Shown here piece after piece: positions 38,244 to 51,710 of a stretch of DNA of 64,000 bases. How positions within the stretch are numbered: the first letter of the stretch is position 1; each line of letters starts with the position of its first letter. Under the pieces are notes generated by a model. It saw only the letters and a list, made by a program, of their open reading frames with translations. It did not search any database and was not told the origin of the DNA. The translations under genes and the position numbers were made by a program. This DNA is from Eledone cirrhosa (Eukaryota): NCBI GenBank assembly GCA_964016885.1, contig OZ024740.1:5518001-5582000 (forward strand), given 5' to 3'.

Positions 38244-40737
38244 AGAACAACCGGAAGGACTTCAGGAACTCGGTCTATGAGCCTTCAGCAGAGGTCGTTG
38301 GCATTGTCACATGAAAACAAGGACTGGTTTGATGAGAATGACCAGGAGGTCAAGGCTCTGCTAGACAGAAAACAAAAGGCACTTGATGCAGTTCTTAAAG
38401 GTGTAGCTCTGTTGGTGACAATTATGAGCGTTACAGACAGGTAAAGAAGGAAGTGCAGGTGAAACTCAGGGCTATGCAAAATACCTGGTGGAGCAACAAA
38501 GCAGATGAAGTTCAAGTGGCATCTGACGGCAACAATGTGAAACTGCCGCACTTTCTACTCACAGAGGTGCATGGCCCTTTCAGCTCTCCAGTGGCCCCTT
38601 TGAGATCGAAAGATGGCAAGCAATTACTGCGCGACCCAAAAGACACTCAACAGATAGAGAGATCACTTTGATGAGCTCTTAAACCAGCCATCCCAGGTTG
38701 ATGATGATTTCCTTTGTTCCATTCCTATTGAACCAGTGAAGCATATGCGATGGCTAATGTATCTTCTCTTGCAGAGGGGACTTCTGTTGTGCATAAGCTG
38801 AACTGTGGTAAGTCTCCTGGTATGGATGGTCTGAGTGGAGCGGTTTTGAAGTGTGGTGGTGAAAACTTCACGCAGCGCCTGACTGACCTCATGAAAATGG
38901 TGTGGGAAGATGAGAATGTCCCACAAGAAGGATGCGCTCATGGTGATTCTCCATAAAGGAAAGGACGGCAAGGACAAATGTGGCAATTATCATGTCATAT
39001 CCCTTCTTTCAGTAGTTGGTAAAGTCGTGTCGAATATTGATGGATAGATTGATCCCAAGAGTTGCTCTGAATGTGTTGCCTGAGTCGCAGTGTGGGTTCA
39101 GAAACGAAAGAGGAACAGTGGATATGATCGTTTCTGCTCGGCAGCTGCAAGAAAAGTGTATTGAACAATGTATGGACCTTTACCAGGTCTTTGTTGACTT
39201 GACAAAGGCCTTTGACACTGTCAATCGAACTGCGTTGTGGGAAAAAAATCCAAGGTAGGTAGAAGATTCTGCATCTTTTCCATGATGACATGAAGGCTTT
39301 AGTCAGTTTTGGTGGTAGCATCTCTGAACCAATATCAGTTGAAAATGGAATGAAGCAGGGGAACATTCCGGCTCCAACTCTGTTTTCCTTATATTTTACG
39401 ATAGTGTTTCTCATGGAATTCAAATATTGTTCTCATGGGGTTTACATCAGGTATCGCACTTCAGGAAGGTTGTTCAACACCAGGCGCTTTGGTACAAGCA
39501 CAAAGGTATTAACATCTATAATCCGAGAGTTTTTGTATGCAGACGACTGCGATCTTTTTGCACACTCACAAAGTGACATGCAGCATATTATGAACTCTTT
39601 TTCTGCAGCTTGCAGCACTTTGGGCGTCATAATAAGCTTGGAAAAGACTGTTGTGATGTATCAGCCAGTACCTGGAAACGAGTACACTGCACCAAGTGTT
39701 TTCGTGTACGGAAAGAGGCTAAAAGTTGCTGACAAGTTTGTTTACCTTGGTAGTACGTTGAACACTTCATGCACACGTGATAATGAAATATCCTTAAGAA
39801 TCAAGAAAGCCAGTGATGCTTTTGGACGGCTGCATCAACGTTTATGGTCCAGACGAGGTATCACTATCGAAACCAAGGTGAAAGTGTATCTGACTTGTGT
39901 CGTCTCCTCTTTACTTTATGTTTGTGAAACGTGGGTCACATACAGAAAGTACCTCAAGCATCTGGAGAGATTTCACCAACAATCTCTTCATAAGTTACTT
40001 GGGGTGTGGTGGAAAATGTTCGCCAGTGATTTGGAAGTTCTACAACGGAGCAGGTGCGTGACTATAGAGAGCATAATCTTTCGGTATCGGTTGAGGTGGT
40101 GCAGTCACGTGGTCCGGATGTCTGATGATCGTATTCCAAAGCAACTTCTCTATGGAGAACTGTGTGAAGGAAGGCGACCACCACATAAACCAAAAAGGCG
40201 GTACCGGGACTGCATCAGGAGCACCTTGGCTTGTGCTGGAATTTCATCTGACGAATGGGAGAAAATGGCTGACGAGCGTGTGAAGTGGAGACGTTTGATC
40301 AAGTCAGGTGGTGAACACTTTGAAACTCGTCGGAGAGAACATCTAACACTGAAAAGGAAGGTGAGGATTGAGACTGTTCTGAACTGCCTGCTATTGAACA
40401 TCATCTGGTTTGCCAGCACTGTGGTCGAGCCAGTCTGAGCAAAGCTGGTTTGATTAGACATGAACAAAGTCATATCAGTAGACCTCATGTAGATTATGAT
40501 CTGAAAAGGTGTAAGAAATGTACAAGCATGGGAGGTCTTAAAAGATACATGTGAACATACAGCCAGAACAAAGCAATGGAAGGTTTCGGGGGAGCCTAAA
40601 GTTGCCATGTGTGTGCCAGAGGGTGCAAGTATTTGGCTGGTTTAAAGAGTCACATTTGGGCTTCGCATTTTTGAACATTTTATCGGGTGATGGCATTACT
40701 TGAACATGAGTTTGCAGCCATCATGTATGTATGTATG
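38244..40737 (+). mobile_element. Decayed RTE (BovB-like) LINE with C-terminal C2H2 fingers and (ATGT)n tail
   Basis: DWFDEND, PESQCGFR, FVDLTKAFD, LYADD, RIPKQLLYGEL and terminal CHVC..GLKSH motifs; ends GCAGCCATC(ATGT)n. Confidence 0.9.
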
Positions 40738-41365
40738 TCGGATGACTCTTGAGTGCTATTGGTAACATGTAACCCAGTACAACCTGTCGCATGGTCGGGT
40801 CGTCGGCGACTAAACCGGCAACCCCACCATGTTTACTTGGTGAGGAGGGTGATTTTGGACACCCTGCAGGACAAAAAACAAAACCTGACAAAGGGCGGAA
40901 GATCTCATAAGAGTCAACGGCCATCTAAAAGTGTGTAAATATGTATATACACATGTACATATGTATGTATATGTATATGTGTATATACATGGGTGCATGT
41001 GTATGTACATGCGCGGGGACATAGAAATAATCGGACTGGACACCCGATCGCGCGGTTAAACCACTGGCAGTGAAGGACCCTAACCTTGGTCAGGGCATTC
41101 TTCTAGGAGAAGGAAACTCAGGAAACTGGGATAACTCCGATATAAAACCTGCGGCTCAGTAGTTACCGATGATGTTGATATTTTCTTCTTTTCGGGTTAT
41201 AGCTACTGTCGCTCAGAGAGTGGGATTGGCTCAGTGCACAGTCTTTCCTCATTTAAAAAAATATCTTCATGCACAGGCATTGCACGATAGAATTAATTAA
41301 TAATTATTAATAATGGTATATCGTGCAATGGCCATACTCGATAACGAGGGGGCAGCCATCATGTA
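40737..41365 (+). mobile_element. Related bipartite RTE-derived element split by a microsatellite
   Basis: 40737-40926 is homologous to the 5' part of the bipartite element; 41010-41365 contains CTAGGAGAAGGAAAC and ends GGCAGCCATC-ATGTATG. Confidence 0.55.
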
Positions 41366-41679
41366 TGCATGCATGCGTGTATGTATGTGTGTGTGTGTGT
41401 GTGTGTGTTTGAGTGTGTGTGTGTGTGTATATATGTGTGTGCGTGCGTGTGTGTATATATATATGTGAATGTGGGTGTGTATATATATATCTCCATATAC
41501 ATATTTATTCAGCTGATATAGGCTGGATTGGTTGGAATATTCTGACGCGAATTCTTTCTGCTCTGTTAAATCGAAACAAATCTTGACTTTTTATTTGAGG
41601 TTTTCTATATAAGAGACCGGGAGACCATGTTGATACTATGAAAGCCATTTGTCCTAAGCCGCCTGGACTATTGCTCCCA

Positions 41680-42245
41680 GCTGTGGTCACCCCATAATAT
41701 CAAACTAACCACGGAACTTGAGACAATCCAACGAAGCTACACCAAGAGGATTGAACGATGAGGGAGATGAGCTACTGGGAGAGGCTAAAAGAACTGAAAC
41801 TCTACTCCTTGGAACGAAGGCGGGAGAGATACGCAGTGATATACATATGGAAAATTCTGGAGGGACTAGCGCCAAACATTGGTATTGAGAGCGGGACCAA
41901 CCCCCGAACAGGACGTCACTGTGTGGTGACAAAGGTCCCGTCTTCCACATCTAGAACAAGAAGCAGATATTGCAATAGACTGGAGTTCAAAGGCCCTCAA
42001 CTCTTCAACAAACTGCCGAGGGATTTGAGAGATCTACATGGTGTGGCTGTGGATATTTTTAAGAAACTTCTCGACACCCCGTTATCCAGGATCCCGGATG
42101 AGCCCACATCACGGTACGAAGGTAACCTAAGGGCAGCAGCAACGAACTCCCTCTTACACAAATGGCCAGCCAACACAGGCTGGAGATAGAATGTGTAGCA
42201 ACAAGGACAGTGCCCAATCATGGTCTCAGCCGGATGGCTGGAACA
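41680..42245 (+). mobile_element. CR1/L2-group LINE 3' end
   Basis: SYWERLKELKLYSLERRRERY..IYIWKI..GPQLFNKLP; a homologous copy lies at 45072-45400 on the minus strand. Confidence 0.8.
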
Positions 42246-42528
42246 GCTAAAAGAGTATATATATATATTTAATATAGAAATGGCTTCAACAGGACTAGAA
42301 CTGTTTCATTCGGAGGAAATCATCAGAAAAGCCGACTGTCAATGTAATATGGGGGTATTTATACATTTTCTGGTGGTAGGGGAGGGTAGTAAATTGATGC
42401 TAAGTAGACAAACACATACACACTGACAGGCACTCCTAATTTTCAAGATTCATTTATTCCAAACAAAGGGTTTTCACTGAGTGGCAATATTAAAATGCTC
42501 TGCTAAAAGATATAAATATGTGTGTGTA

Positions 42529-42571
<43 letters not shown>

Positions 42572-42642
42572 TTGTGTATATATATATATATATGTGTGTG
42601 TGTTTGTGTGTATATATATATATATGTGTGTGTGTGTTTGTG

Positions 42643-42682
<40 letters not shown>

Positions 42683-43519
42683 CAAATTTCAATAATATTA
42701 AGACACCTTAATGGGGGTTAAACTCCCTATAGTGAAAAGTTTGGCCAATAAATGGAACAAGATTTTACGAACTCCTCCTATGGTTTTGGAGATAGACCCC
42801 CATAACCATATATATTCTGAAACTACATTGCCCAGGGTACTTGTATAAATATATTTCATTTTAATCAAAGGGTTCATCGGGGGCACAAAACCGCCGCTGA
42901 AACTTTACCTTCGATTTATATGAAATTTAAACCAAAGGTAAATGACAAGATATGATGCCTATTCACAAAATTTCAGCAAATTTCAATAACATTAAAATAC
43001 CCTAATGAGGGTTAAACCCCCTATTAGGGTTCACCGGTGGCACAACCCCCTGCTGAAAATGTTTTCGGTTCGATTTATATGCAATTTAAACCATAGATAA
43101 ATGAAGAGATATGATGCCTATTCACAAAATTTCAATACTATAAGACACCTTAATGGTGGTTAAACCCCTTATTAGGGTTCCCCGGGGGTACAAACCCCTG
43201 CTGAAAACTTTTCCCTTTCGATTTATATGAAACTTAAACCATAGGTAAATGACAAGATATGATGCCTATTCACAAAAGTTTTCAATTGATATTTAAAAAA
43301 AATTATTTACAAGAAACAAAATAAGAATAAGATTTAATAATGCAATTTTGATTTGATATATTACAAAAAATGATGTTTTCCAATTTTTCATGCATTATAT
43401 TTTACATTGAGTAATATTGAGTTTTTCTCCATAAATTATATCACTGATTTAAAATCAATCATCATTTTCTTACAAAAAAAATGTGTAAAACGCAGCAAGG
43501 TGCGGGTAATTCGGCTAGT
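42683..43519 (+). mobile_element. Non-autonomous Helitron-like element with internal about 150-bp tandem repeats
   Basis: Repeat units start AGGGTTC at about 42869, 43026 and 43174; the 3' end GCAGCAAGGTGCGGGTAATTCGGCTAG-T fits the hairpin + CTAG Helitron end. Confidence 0.55.
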
Positions 43520-43626
43520 ATATATATATATATATATATATATATACTAGCCGAATATATATATATGTGTGAGTGTGTGTATATATATGTGAGTGTGCGT
43601 ATATATATGTGTGTGTGTGTGTGTGT

Positions 43627-44615
43627 GTGCTCATTATGTAGGAGAGGTGTAGGTAGAAACTCCATCCTCTGCCCCATATGCAAACTATGGGTACACAAGA
43701 GATGTAGTGGGATCTCAGGAAGTTTAGTTAAGAATGTAGGCTTTACATGTAGCAGTTGCACCAGGACAGTAAGCAGCAAACAATCACTGAAAACAAGTGA
43801 CATCAAAGTCTGGGAGGACTTGGTAAAAACAATACCGAATTAGCAGCGGAGGGGGTGGTGGTCTAAAAGAACGGGATGGAAGAAGTTGAGGGAGCTACTG
43901 CCACAGCTGGATACAAAAGGCTTTTCCCTCAGAATAAAAGGTAGACTGTATGATGTGTGCATATGAATGGCAATGTTGCATGGTAGTGAGAGCTGGGCGC
44001 TGTGTGTAGAAGACTTGCGTAGATTAGAAAGGAATGAAGCTTGTATGCTCCGATGGATGTGTAATAGTAATATACGCGAACAGAAAAGCATAAACAAACT
44101 GAAAGAGAAACTAGGCATAAGAGGAATCAAATGTTGTGTGCAGGAGAGGAGATTATGTTGGTATGGACATGTGATTCGTATGAAGGATGACAGCTACATA
44201 AAGTCCCAGAAAGACTTGAGATGAAGTGATAAAAGCCGACCTTGCCCAATTGCACCTCTGAAAGGCAATGACACAGGACCAAGATCTCTGGCGTTATGAG
44301 GTAATACAGAAACCCCAACTTCCCACGGGCCCAGGCCAAGGCTGAAACATACATACAGTATGCACCACTCCATCCCACCCGCCAATATATCTTTCATGAG
44401 AACAGGCCGAAACACTGTAAAGTGGTTGTGATGGTGACACGGTAAAAAACACCCAGTCCACACTGTAAAGTAGTCGTGGAGGAATCACAACAAAAAACAC
44501 CCAGCACTCATTGTAAATGAGCTTGGCATTAGGAAGGGCATCCAGCTGTAGAAACCAAGCCAAAATCAGTTCTTTATGAGCAAGACATGGTCACCTGGCC
44601 TAACATTGCCAACAA
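43627..44615 (+). mobile_element. RTE-clade LINE 3' fragment (PHD finger to 3'UTR)
   Basis: CSLCRRGVGRNSILCPICKLWVHKRC and MLHGSESWAL motifs, followed by the 3'UTR. Confidence 0.85.
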
Positions 44616-44617
44616 TA

Positions 44618-45000
44618 GAAGGCACATGGCTCAGTGGTTAGAGCATTGGGCTTGCAATTGAAAGGTTGTGAGTTTAATTCTCGGACCGGGTGATGTGTTG
44701 TTTCCTTGAGCAAGACACTTTATTTCACATTGCTCCAGTTTACTCAGCTGTAGAAATGAGATGATAGGACTGGGGTCCCTATCATTCCCTTGCAAAGTGG
44801 TCGTGGAGGTGCCACGGCAAAAAAAGAAAAACACCCAGCACTCACTGTAAATGAGGTTGGTGTTAGGAAGGGCATTCAGCTGTAGAAATCAAGCCAGAAT
44901 CAGTTCCCGTATGAGCAAGACAAGGTCAGCCGACCGGACACTTCCCACAACAGGACAACCCATGCTAGCGTAGAATAACTGACATAAAATGTTGATGATG
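44618..45000 (+). mobile_element. tRNA-head SINE with RTE tail
   Basis: GAAGGCACATGGCTCAGTGGTTAGAGC head; homologous to 1840-2192. Confidence 0.75.
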
Positions 45001-45071
45001 AAATATAACAGAGTTTTATAGCTTGCTTGAAACATTGATGAATAGGAAACACAAATTTAAATTTTGAAAAC

Positions 45072-45400
45072 CAAGTTGAGGGCCTTTGAACCCCAGGCTA
45101 TTGCAATAGCTGCTCCTGATTCTAGATGTGGAAGACGGGACCTTTGGTACCACACAGTGACGTCCTGTTCGAGAATTGGTCCAGCTCACAATGCGAAAGT
45201 TTGGTCTTAGTCCCCCCAGGATTTTCCATATGTATATCATTGCATATCTCTCCCGTCTTCATTCCGAAAAGTAGAGTTTCAGTTCTTTTAGACTCTCCCA
45301 GTAGTTTATCTCCATCGTGGCAACCTTCTTGGTGTAGCTTCATTGGATTGCTTCAAGCTCCATGGTTAGTTTGATACTATAGGGGTGACCACACCTGGGA
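45072..45400 (-). mobile_element. CR1/L2-group LINE fragment
   Basis: IYIWKILGGLRPN...RTGRHCVVPKVP...GFKGPQL; same family as 41680-42245. Confidence 0.75.
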
Positions 45401-45612
45401 GCATTCATTTCATTTTACGTCCACTTTCTCCCTGCTTGCAAGGGTGGGACGGGAACTCATTCTGGCTTGATTTCTACAGCTGGATGCCCTTCCTAACACC
45501 AACCTCATTTACAGTGAGTGCTGGGTGCTTTTTTCCCGTGGCACCTCCACATCCACTTTACAGTGTGGGCTGGGTGCTTTTTTGCCGTGGCACCTCCACG
45601 ACCACTTTGCAC

Positions 45613-48310
45613 CGTCTGTGTCAGCGTCAGTATTTACATCTACATCAGCGTCAGCGTTTCAGTTAACGTCAGTGTTTACGTTAGCGTCTGTGTCAGCGTT
45701 TACGTTAGCTTCTAAGTCAGCGTTTCCATAACGTCTACGTCAGCGTTTCCATTAGCATTGGCGTTTCCATTAACCTTTCCTGTGGCGTCCGCATCATTGC
45801 AGCGTCTGCATATCCCATGTAAGCGTTAACTTCAGCATTTGCGTCAGCGTTAGCGTTAGCGTTAGCTTTAGCCTTAGCCCTAGCGTCCGCATCAGCATTT
45901 GCGTTAGCGTCAACATACACGTCAGCACCGGCAAAACTGCCTCAACATTTACGTCAGCGTTAGCTTTGGCTTTAGCAATCCGCATCAGCAATTGCGTTTT
46001 GGAGATCAGCTTCGGCGGTAAGGGTAAACGCTAACTTCTATGCCTGCTTCTACGTTAACAACTGCGTCAGCGTTTTGTTAGCTTCTACGTCAGCGTTTAC
46101 GTTAGCTTCTACGTCAGCATCTACGTTAGCTTCTACGTCAGCTTCTACGTTCACATCTACGTCATCGTTTACGTTAGCTTCTACGTCAGCATCTACATTA
46201 GCTTTTACGTCAGCGTTTACATCAATGTCTGTGTCAGCGTTTGTGTTAGCTTCTACGTCAGCGTCTGTATTTACATCTACATCAGCGTCAGCGTTTACAT
46301 TTGCGTCTGTGTCAGCGTTTACGTTAGCTTCTACGTCATCGTTTACATTAGCGTCTGCGTCATCGTTTACGTTAGCGTCTGTGTCAACGTGTGTTAGCAT
46401 CTGTGTCAGCGTTTATGTTAGCGTCTGCGTCAGTGTTTATATTAACATCTGCGTCAGTGTTTATGTTAGCATCTGTGTTAACGTGTGTTAGCGTCAGTGT
46501 CAGCGTCTGCGTCAGCATTTTCATTAGTGTTTGCATCAGTGTTTCCTTTAACTTCTACGTCAATGTTTACGTCTGCGTTAAGGTTCACATTAGCATCGCT
46601 GTCATCGTTTGCGTCAGCATTTGCGTTTGCTTTAACATCTGCATCAACATTTGCGTCAACATTTGCGTCTGTGTTTGCATTAGTGTCTGCATTTGCTTTA
46701 GTGTTTGCATCAGCGTGATCATTTGTGTCAGTGTCCACGTCAGCGTTAGAGTCTGTGTAGCATTTACATCAGGGTGTGCGTCAGAGTCTTTGCCAGCATT
46801 CGCTTTTGCACCTGCATCAGTATTCACGTTAGTGTTTATGTCAGCGTAAGCGATTGTGTCAACATTTGCGCTAGCGTTTGTGCCAGCATAGCCATCTTCG
46901 TCAGTGTCAGCGTTGGCGTTAGTGTTAGTGTTTCCATTAGTGTTCGTGTTTGATTTTGTATTAGTGTTAGCATTTTTGTTAGTGTTAGTGTTCAGGTTAA
47001 TGTTCGTGTTAATGTCAGTTTTAGTGTTAGTGTTCAGGTTAGTGTTTACGGTAGTGTTAGTTTTAGTGTTAGTGTTATTTTTTCCATTTGTGTTAATGTT
47101 TGTGTTAGTGTTTCCATTAGTGTTAGTGCTAGTCTTTGTTTTTCTGTTAATGTTAGTGTTTGTTTTAGTGTTGAGGTTAATGTTAGCTTAGTTTTCTGGT
47201 TAGTATCAGTTTTCGTGTTAGTTTTAGTGTTAGTGTTTTTTTTTAGTGTTAGTTTTTATGGTAGTGTTAGTGTTACTGTTAGTGTTCAGATTAGTGTTAG
47301 TGTTTGTGTTACTGTTTATGGTAGTGTTAGTTTTAGTGCTAGTGTTTAGGTTAATGTTAGTTTTAGTGTAAGTGTTCAGGTTAGTGTTAGTGTTAATGTT
47401 AGTTTTAGTGTTAAGGTTAGTGTTAGAGATTGTGTTAGTGTTAGTATTTGTTTTTGTGTTAATATTTGTGTTAGTATCTCTGTTAGCATTAGTGTTTGAT
47501 GTTTCCATTAGTGTTAGTGATTGTGTTAGCGTTAGTCTTTGTTTTTGTGTTAAGGTTAGCGTTAATGTTAGCATTATTATTTCTGTTAGTGTTAGCATTA
47601 GTGTTTATGTTAGTGTTCAGGTTAATGTTAGCTTAGTTTTCAGGTTAGAGTTAGTGTTCAAGTTAATGTTAGTTTTAGTGTTAGTGTTGAGGTTAGTGTT
47701 AGAGATTGTGTTAGTGTTTGTTTTTGTGTTAATATTTGTGTTAGTATCTCTGTTAGCGTTAGTGTTTGTTTTAGTGTTAAGGTTAGCGTTAATGTTAGCA
47801 TTAGTATTTCGTTAATGTTAGCATTAGTATTTCGTTAATGTTAGCATTAGTATTTCGTTAATGTTAGCATTAGTATTTCGTTAATGTTAGCATTAGTAGT
47901 GTTGAAGTTAATGTTAGCTTAGTTTTCTGGTTAGTATCAGTTTTCAGAATAGTGTTTGTGTTAGTGTTAGTGCTCAGGTCAGTGTTAGTGTTTATAGTAG
48001 TGTTAGTTTTAGTGCTAGTGTTCAGGCTAATGTTTGTGCTAATGTTAGTTTTAGTGTAAGTGTTCAGGTTAGTGTTAGTGTTTGTATTAGTGTTTACGGT
48101 AGTGTTAGTTTTAGTGCTGGTGTTCAGGTTAGTGTTAGTGTCAGTTTTAGTGTTAGTGTTCAGGTTAGTGTTTGTGTTAGTTTTCTATTTAATGTTAGTT
48201 TTCAGATTTTGTGTTTGTGTTAGTTTTCATATTAGCGCTAAGTTCACTGTTAGAGCCTGTGTGAGTGCAAGTGTTAGGGTAAGTGTTATTTTTAAAGTTC
48301 GGTTTTAGCT
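45613..48310. repeat. Degenerate hexamer tract grading from GCGTCA to GTGTTA
   Basis: About 2.7 kb of imperfect 6-nt periodicity with local higher-order duplications. Confidence 0.8.
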
Positions 48311-50227
48311 TAAAGTTAGGTTTTCTACTTTCCAGGAAAAAAGTTGATCCTCTCTAACTTGAGTGGTGTGATATAGTGTGGTAAAGTATAGTGTTTCATA
48401 GTCTTGTGTGGTGTTGTCTATTGTTGTATAGTGTAGTATGGTATAGTGTTTCATAACATGGTCTGATGTGAGGTCGTACAGTGTTTCGTAGTGTGGTGTT
48501 TGTCAGTGTGGTGTGGTATGGTATAGGTTGATGTAGTGTGGCTTAGTTTGATTATAATAATACAAATAATAATAACAATAATAATAGTAATAGTAATTGT
48601 TCTTCTTGTTCATTTTCTTTGTCTTCTTCTGTGCCTTTGACTGCTTCTGTGCCTTTGACTTCTCCTCTGCCATCTAATCTAAATACCAAAAACAAAGAGT
48701 GTAAAACATATATGTTGCCTATCTCTCAGATTTTACAAAGTGCTGAGGAGATAAAGTTAATTTAAAGAGCAGTGTGCTCATGCACTGTGATCCTATAATG
48801 TAGCTTATAAGCTATTTCATAACTAAAAGACAATGTCAAACATCAACAAAAGTATATACAAATATCTTTGAATGTTTAAGTTAAACCTAAATAGATCGTA
48901 TCTACAGGTCATTAGGTTAAGACTGAACTAAGATCATATCTATAAATCATTAGGTTTAGACTGAACTGAGATCATACTTTCTTCTTCTTTTCGTCATCTT
49001 CGTTTCCCGTGTTTTCTTTGTCTTTGTTGTCATTTTCATTTTAGTCGTCTGCTTCGTCGTCTTTTTCTTCTTTTCCATCTAAATATAAAAAAAATTGTAA
49101 ACAAATATATAGCTGATCTCTCAGACTTTCACGAAACACCGAGGAGATACAGTTAATATAACGAGTGGGGAGCTCATATATATATATATATGGTATAGCA
49201 TGGTGTTATGTGGTCTGGTGTGGTACAACATGGTGTGATGTGGTGTGATATGGTGAGGCGGGGGGGGGGGGGGGTTAACAATACACATGTAGCATCCACA
49301 TGTGATGAGAAGGGGGAAACAGTGTTTAACTAATTTTAACATTACATGTAGCATCCATCTACAGGTGATTAAGTTAAGATTGAGGTGTAATCATATGAAA
49401 AGGTCAATTTAAAACTACACTGAGATTCTGCTTAAAATGATGGTCAATGAAGTGTTTACTTACTCAGATCCTTTGAAATAACTTTCTTTCTCTTACTGTA
49501 ACTGGACATACCTACGAAGTAGAAAACAGTCGAATAGACAGTGGTGTGGTGTGGTGTGGTGTAGTGTGGTGTGGTGTAGTGCAGTGGAGTGTGGTTTAGT
49601 GTAGTGGACAGTGGTGTGGTGTAGTGGAGTGTAGTGGAGTGTGGTTCAATGTAGGGTGGGGGATATGGTGTAGTGGAGTGTGGTGGGATGTAGTGTGGTA
49701 GCATGTGGTGTGATGGCATGTGATGAAATGTGGCGTGGCGTGGTGAAATGTGATGTGATGTGATGAAATGTGGCGTGGCGTGGTGAAATGAGGCGAGGCG
49801 AGACGAGACGAGACGTGATGTGATATGGTGTGGTGTGATGTGGTGAAATATGGCGTGATGTGGTGTGGTGTGATGTGATGTGAACTTTTTTCATCCTTGT
49901 TTTCATGTGCTAATCCAATCTCCAAGATGCTTGAAACTGACTTTTTCCTCCCAGGAAAACGGCGGGGTGAGGTGATTCTCCCTTCACCCGGATAACCTCT
50001 GCTTACTCGGAATTTTCTCTTTGATTCTATTTTCATGCGTTATCAGTGAATATGACTTCCAAACCAGTCAAAAACAACTAGCTTTGGAGAAAGAGGAGAG
50101 GGAGAGGGGAAGAGTTTTGCAGATCTACACCCCACTTACATGTTGTGGGACTTAATCATTTTCGGTATATTTCCTGTGCTATTAATTAATCTGACCTCCT
50201 AGATGCTTCCAATCAACTTATTTCCCT

Positions 50228-50565
50228 GGGTTAGGTTTAGGGTTGGGGTAATGTTTAGGGTTTAGTTTTAGGGTTGGGGTAATGTTTAGGGTCTAGTTTT
50301 AGGGTTGGGGTAAAGTTTAGGGTTTAGTTTTAGGTTTGGGGTAAAGTTTAGGGTTTAGTTTTAGGTTTGGAGTAAAGTTTAGGGTTTAGTTTTAGGGTTG
50401 GGGTAATGTTTAGGGTTTAGTTTTATGGTTGGGGTATAGTTTAGGGTTTAGTTTAAGGGTTTAAGGGTTGGGGTAATGTTTATATTTAGATTTAGCTTGG
50501 TTTGGTTTAGATTTAGAGTTTAGGGTTGGGGCTAGATTTAATTTTATGTTTAATTTAGTTTTAGT
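50228..50565. repeat. Telomere-like (TTAGGG-containing) about 31-bp minisatellite
   Basis: TTTAGGGTTGGGGTAATGTTTAGGGTTTAGT repeated about 8 times, then degenerate. Confidence 0.8.
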
Positions 50566-50904
50566 TTCCAAATCCCAGAAAAAAAAAATTGATTCAGAGC
50601 AACTAAAAGGTCAAATTAGTTGATAGCACTCAAAAGGAGACCGAAGAAAAATCATTAGGGTATATATCTACAAAACGACAATGGTTTTTCCACCTGCTTT
50701 ACCCCTCCTTTTTCCTAGAACAACTAATCATTTCCAACTGGTTTGGAGGTCATATTCGTTGATAACATACGAAAAATCTTAGAGAAAACTCTGGGGTTAA
50801 ATGAGAGAAGTGCATCCACCTAAGTTTTCCATGAAGAGAGAGTCAATAACAAACATCTTGGAGTTCGGATTAGTTGATAACACATGAAAAAAAGATGAGG
50901 AAAA

Positions 50905-51710
50905 AATGTTGGGTGTTATGTGGTGTGGAGTAGTGTGGTGTGTTTTTATGTGGTGTGATGTAGTGAGGTCTGTTTTTATGTGGTGTGATGTAGTGAGGTG
51001 TGGTGTGTTGTGTTGTGGTGTTATGTGGTGTGGAGTAGTGTGGTGTGTTTTTATGTGGAGTGATGTAGTGAGGAGTGGTGTGTTGTGTTGTGGTGTTATG
51101 TGGTGTGGAGTAGTGTGGTGTGTTTTTACGTGGAGTAGTGTGGTGTGTTCTTATGTAGTGTGATGTAGTGAGGTGTGGTGTGTTGTGTTGTGGTGTTATG
51201 TGGTGTGGAGTAGTGTGGTGTGTTGTAGTGAGGAGTAGTGTGGTGTGTTGTAGTGAGGAGTAGTGTGGTGTGTTGTAGTGAGGAGTAGTGTGGTGTGTTG
51301 TAGTGAGGAGTGGTGTGTTATGTTGTAGTGAGGAGTGGTGTGTTGTAGTGAGGAGTGGTGTGTTGTTTGGTGGTGTTATGTGGTGTGTGTGTTGTGGTGT
51401 GGAGTAGTGTGGTGTGTTCTAATGTGGTGTGATGTAGTGAGGAGTGGTGTGTTGTGGTGTGTTTTTATGTGGCGTGGAGTAGTGTGGTGTGATGTAGCGA
51501 GGAGTGGTGTGTTGTGGTGTATTTTTATGTGGAGTGGGATAGTGAGGAGTGGTGTGTTGTGTTGTGGTGTTATGTGGTGTGGAGTAGTGTGGTGTAGTGT
51601 TGTATGTTTTTATGTGGTGTGGTGAAGTGTGGTGTGATGTGGTGCGGTGCACTGCGATGTGGTGTGGTGCAGTGCGGTGCAGTGTGGTGTTGTGCAGTGC
51701 GGTGCAGTGA
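50905..51710. repeat. Degenerate (TGTGG)n pentamer tract
   Basis: GTGTG/GTAGT/GTGAG units; similar tracts at 48362-48545 and 49540-49880. Confidence 0.8.

Noticed and set aside
42280-42360. Possible further kinesin exon (GLELFHSEEIIRKAD...)
   Set aside because: The acceptor is weak and no motor-domain motif is recognisable.
44618-44690. tRNA gene
   Set aside because: It is a SINE head: no complete cloverleaf, and it continues into a SINE body and RTE tail.
50228-50565. True telomere or chromosome fusion site
   Set aside because: It consists of degenerate 31-bp units on one strand only, with no head-to-head (TTAGGG)n/(CCCTAA)n junction.
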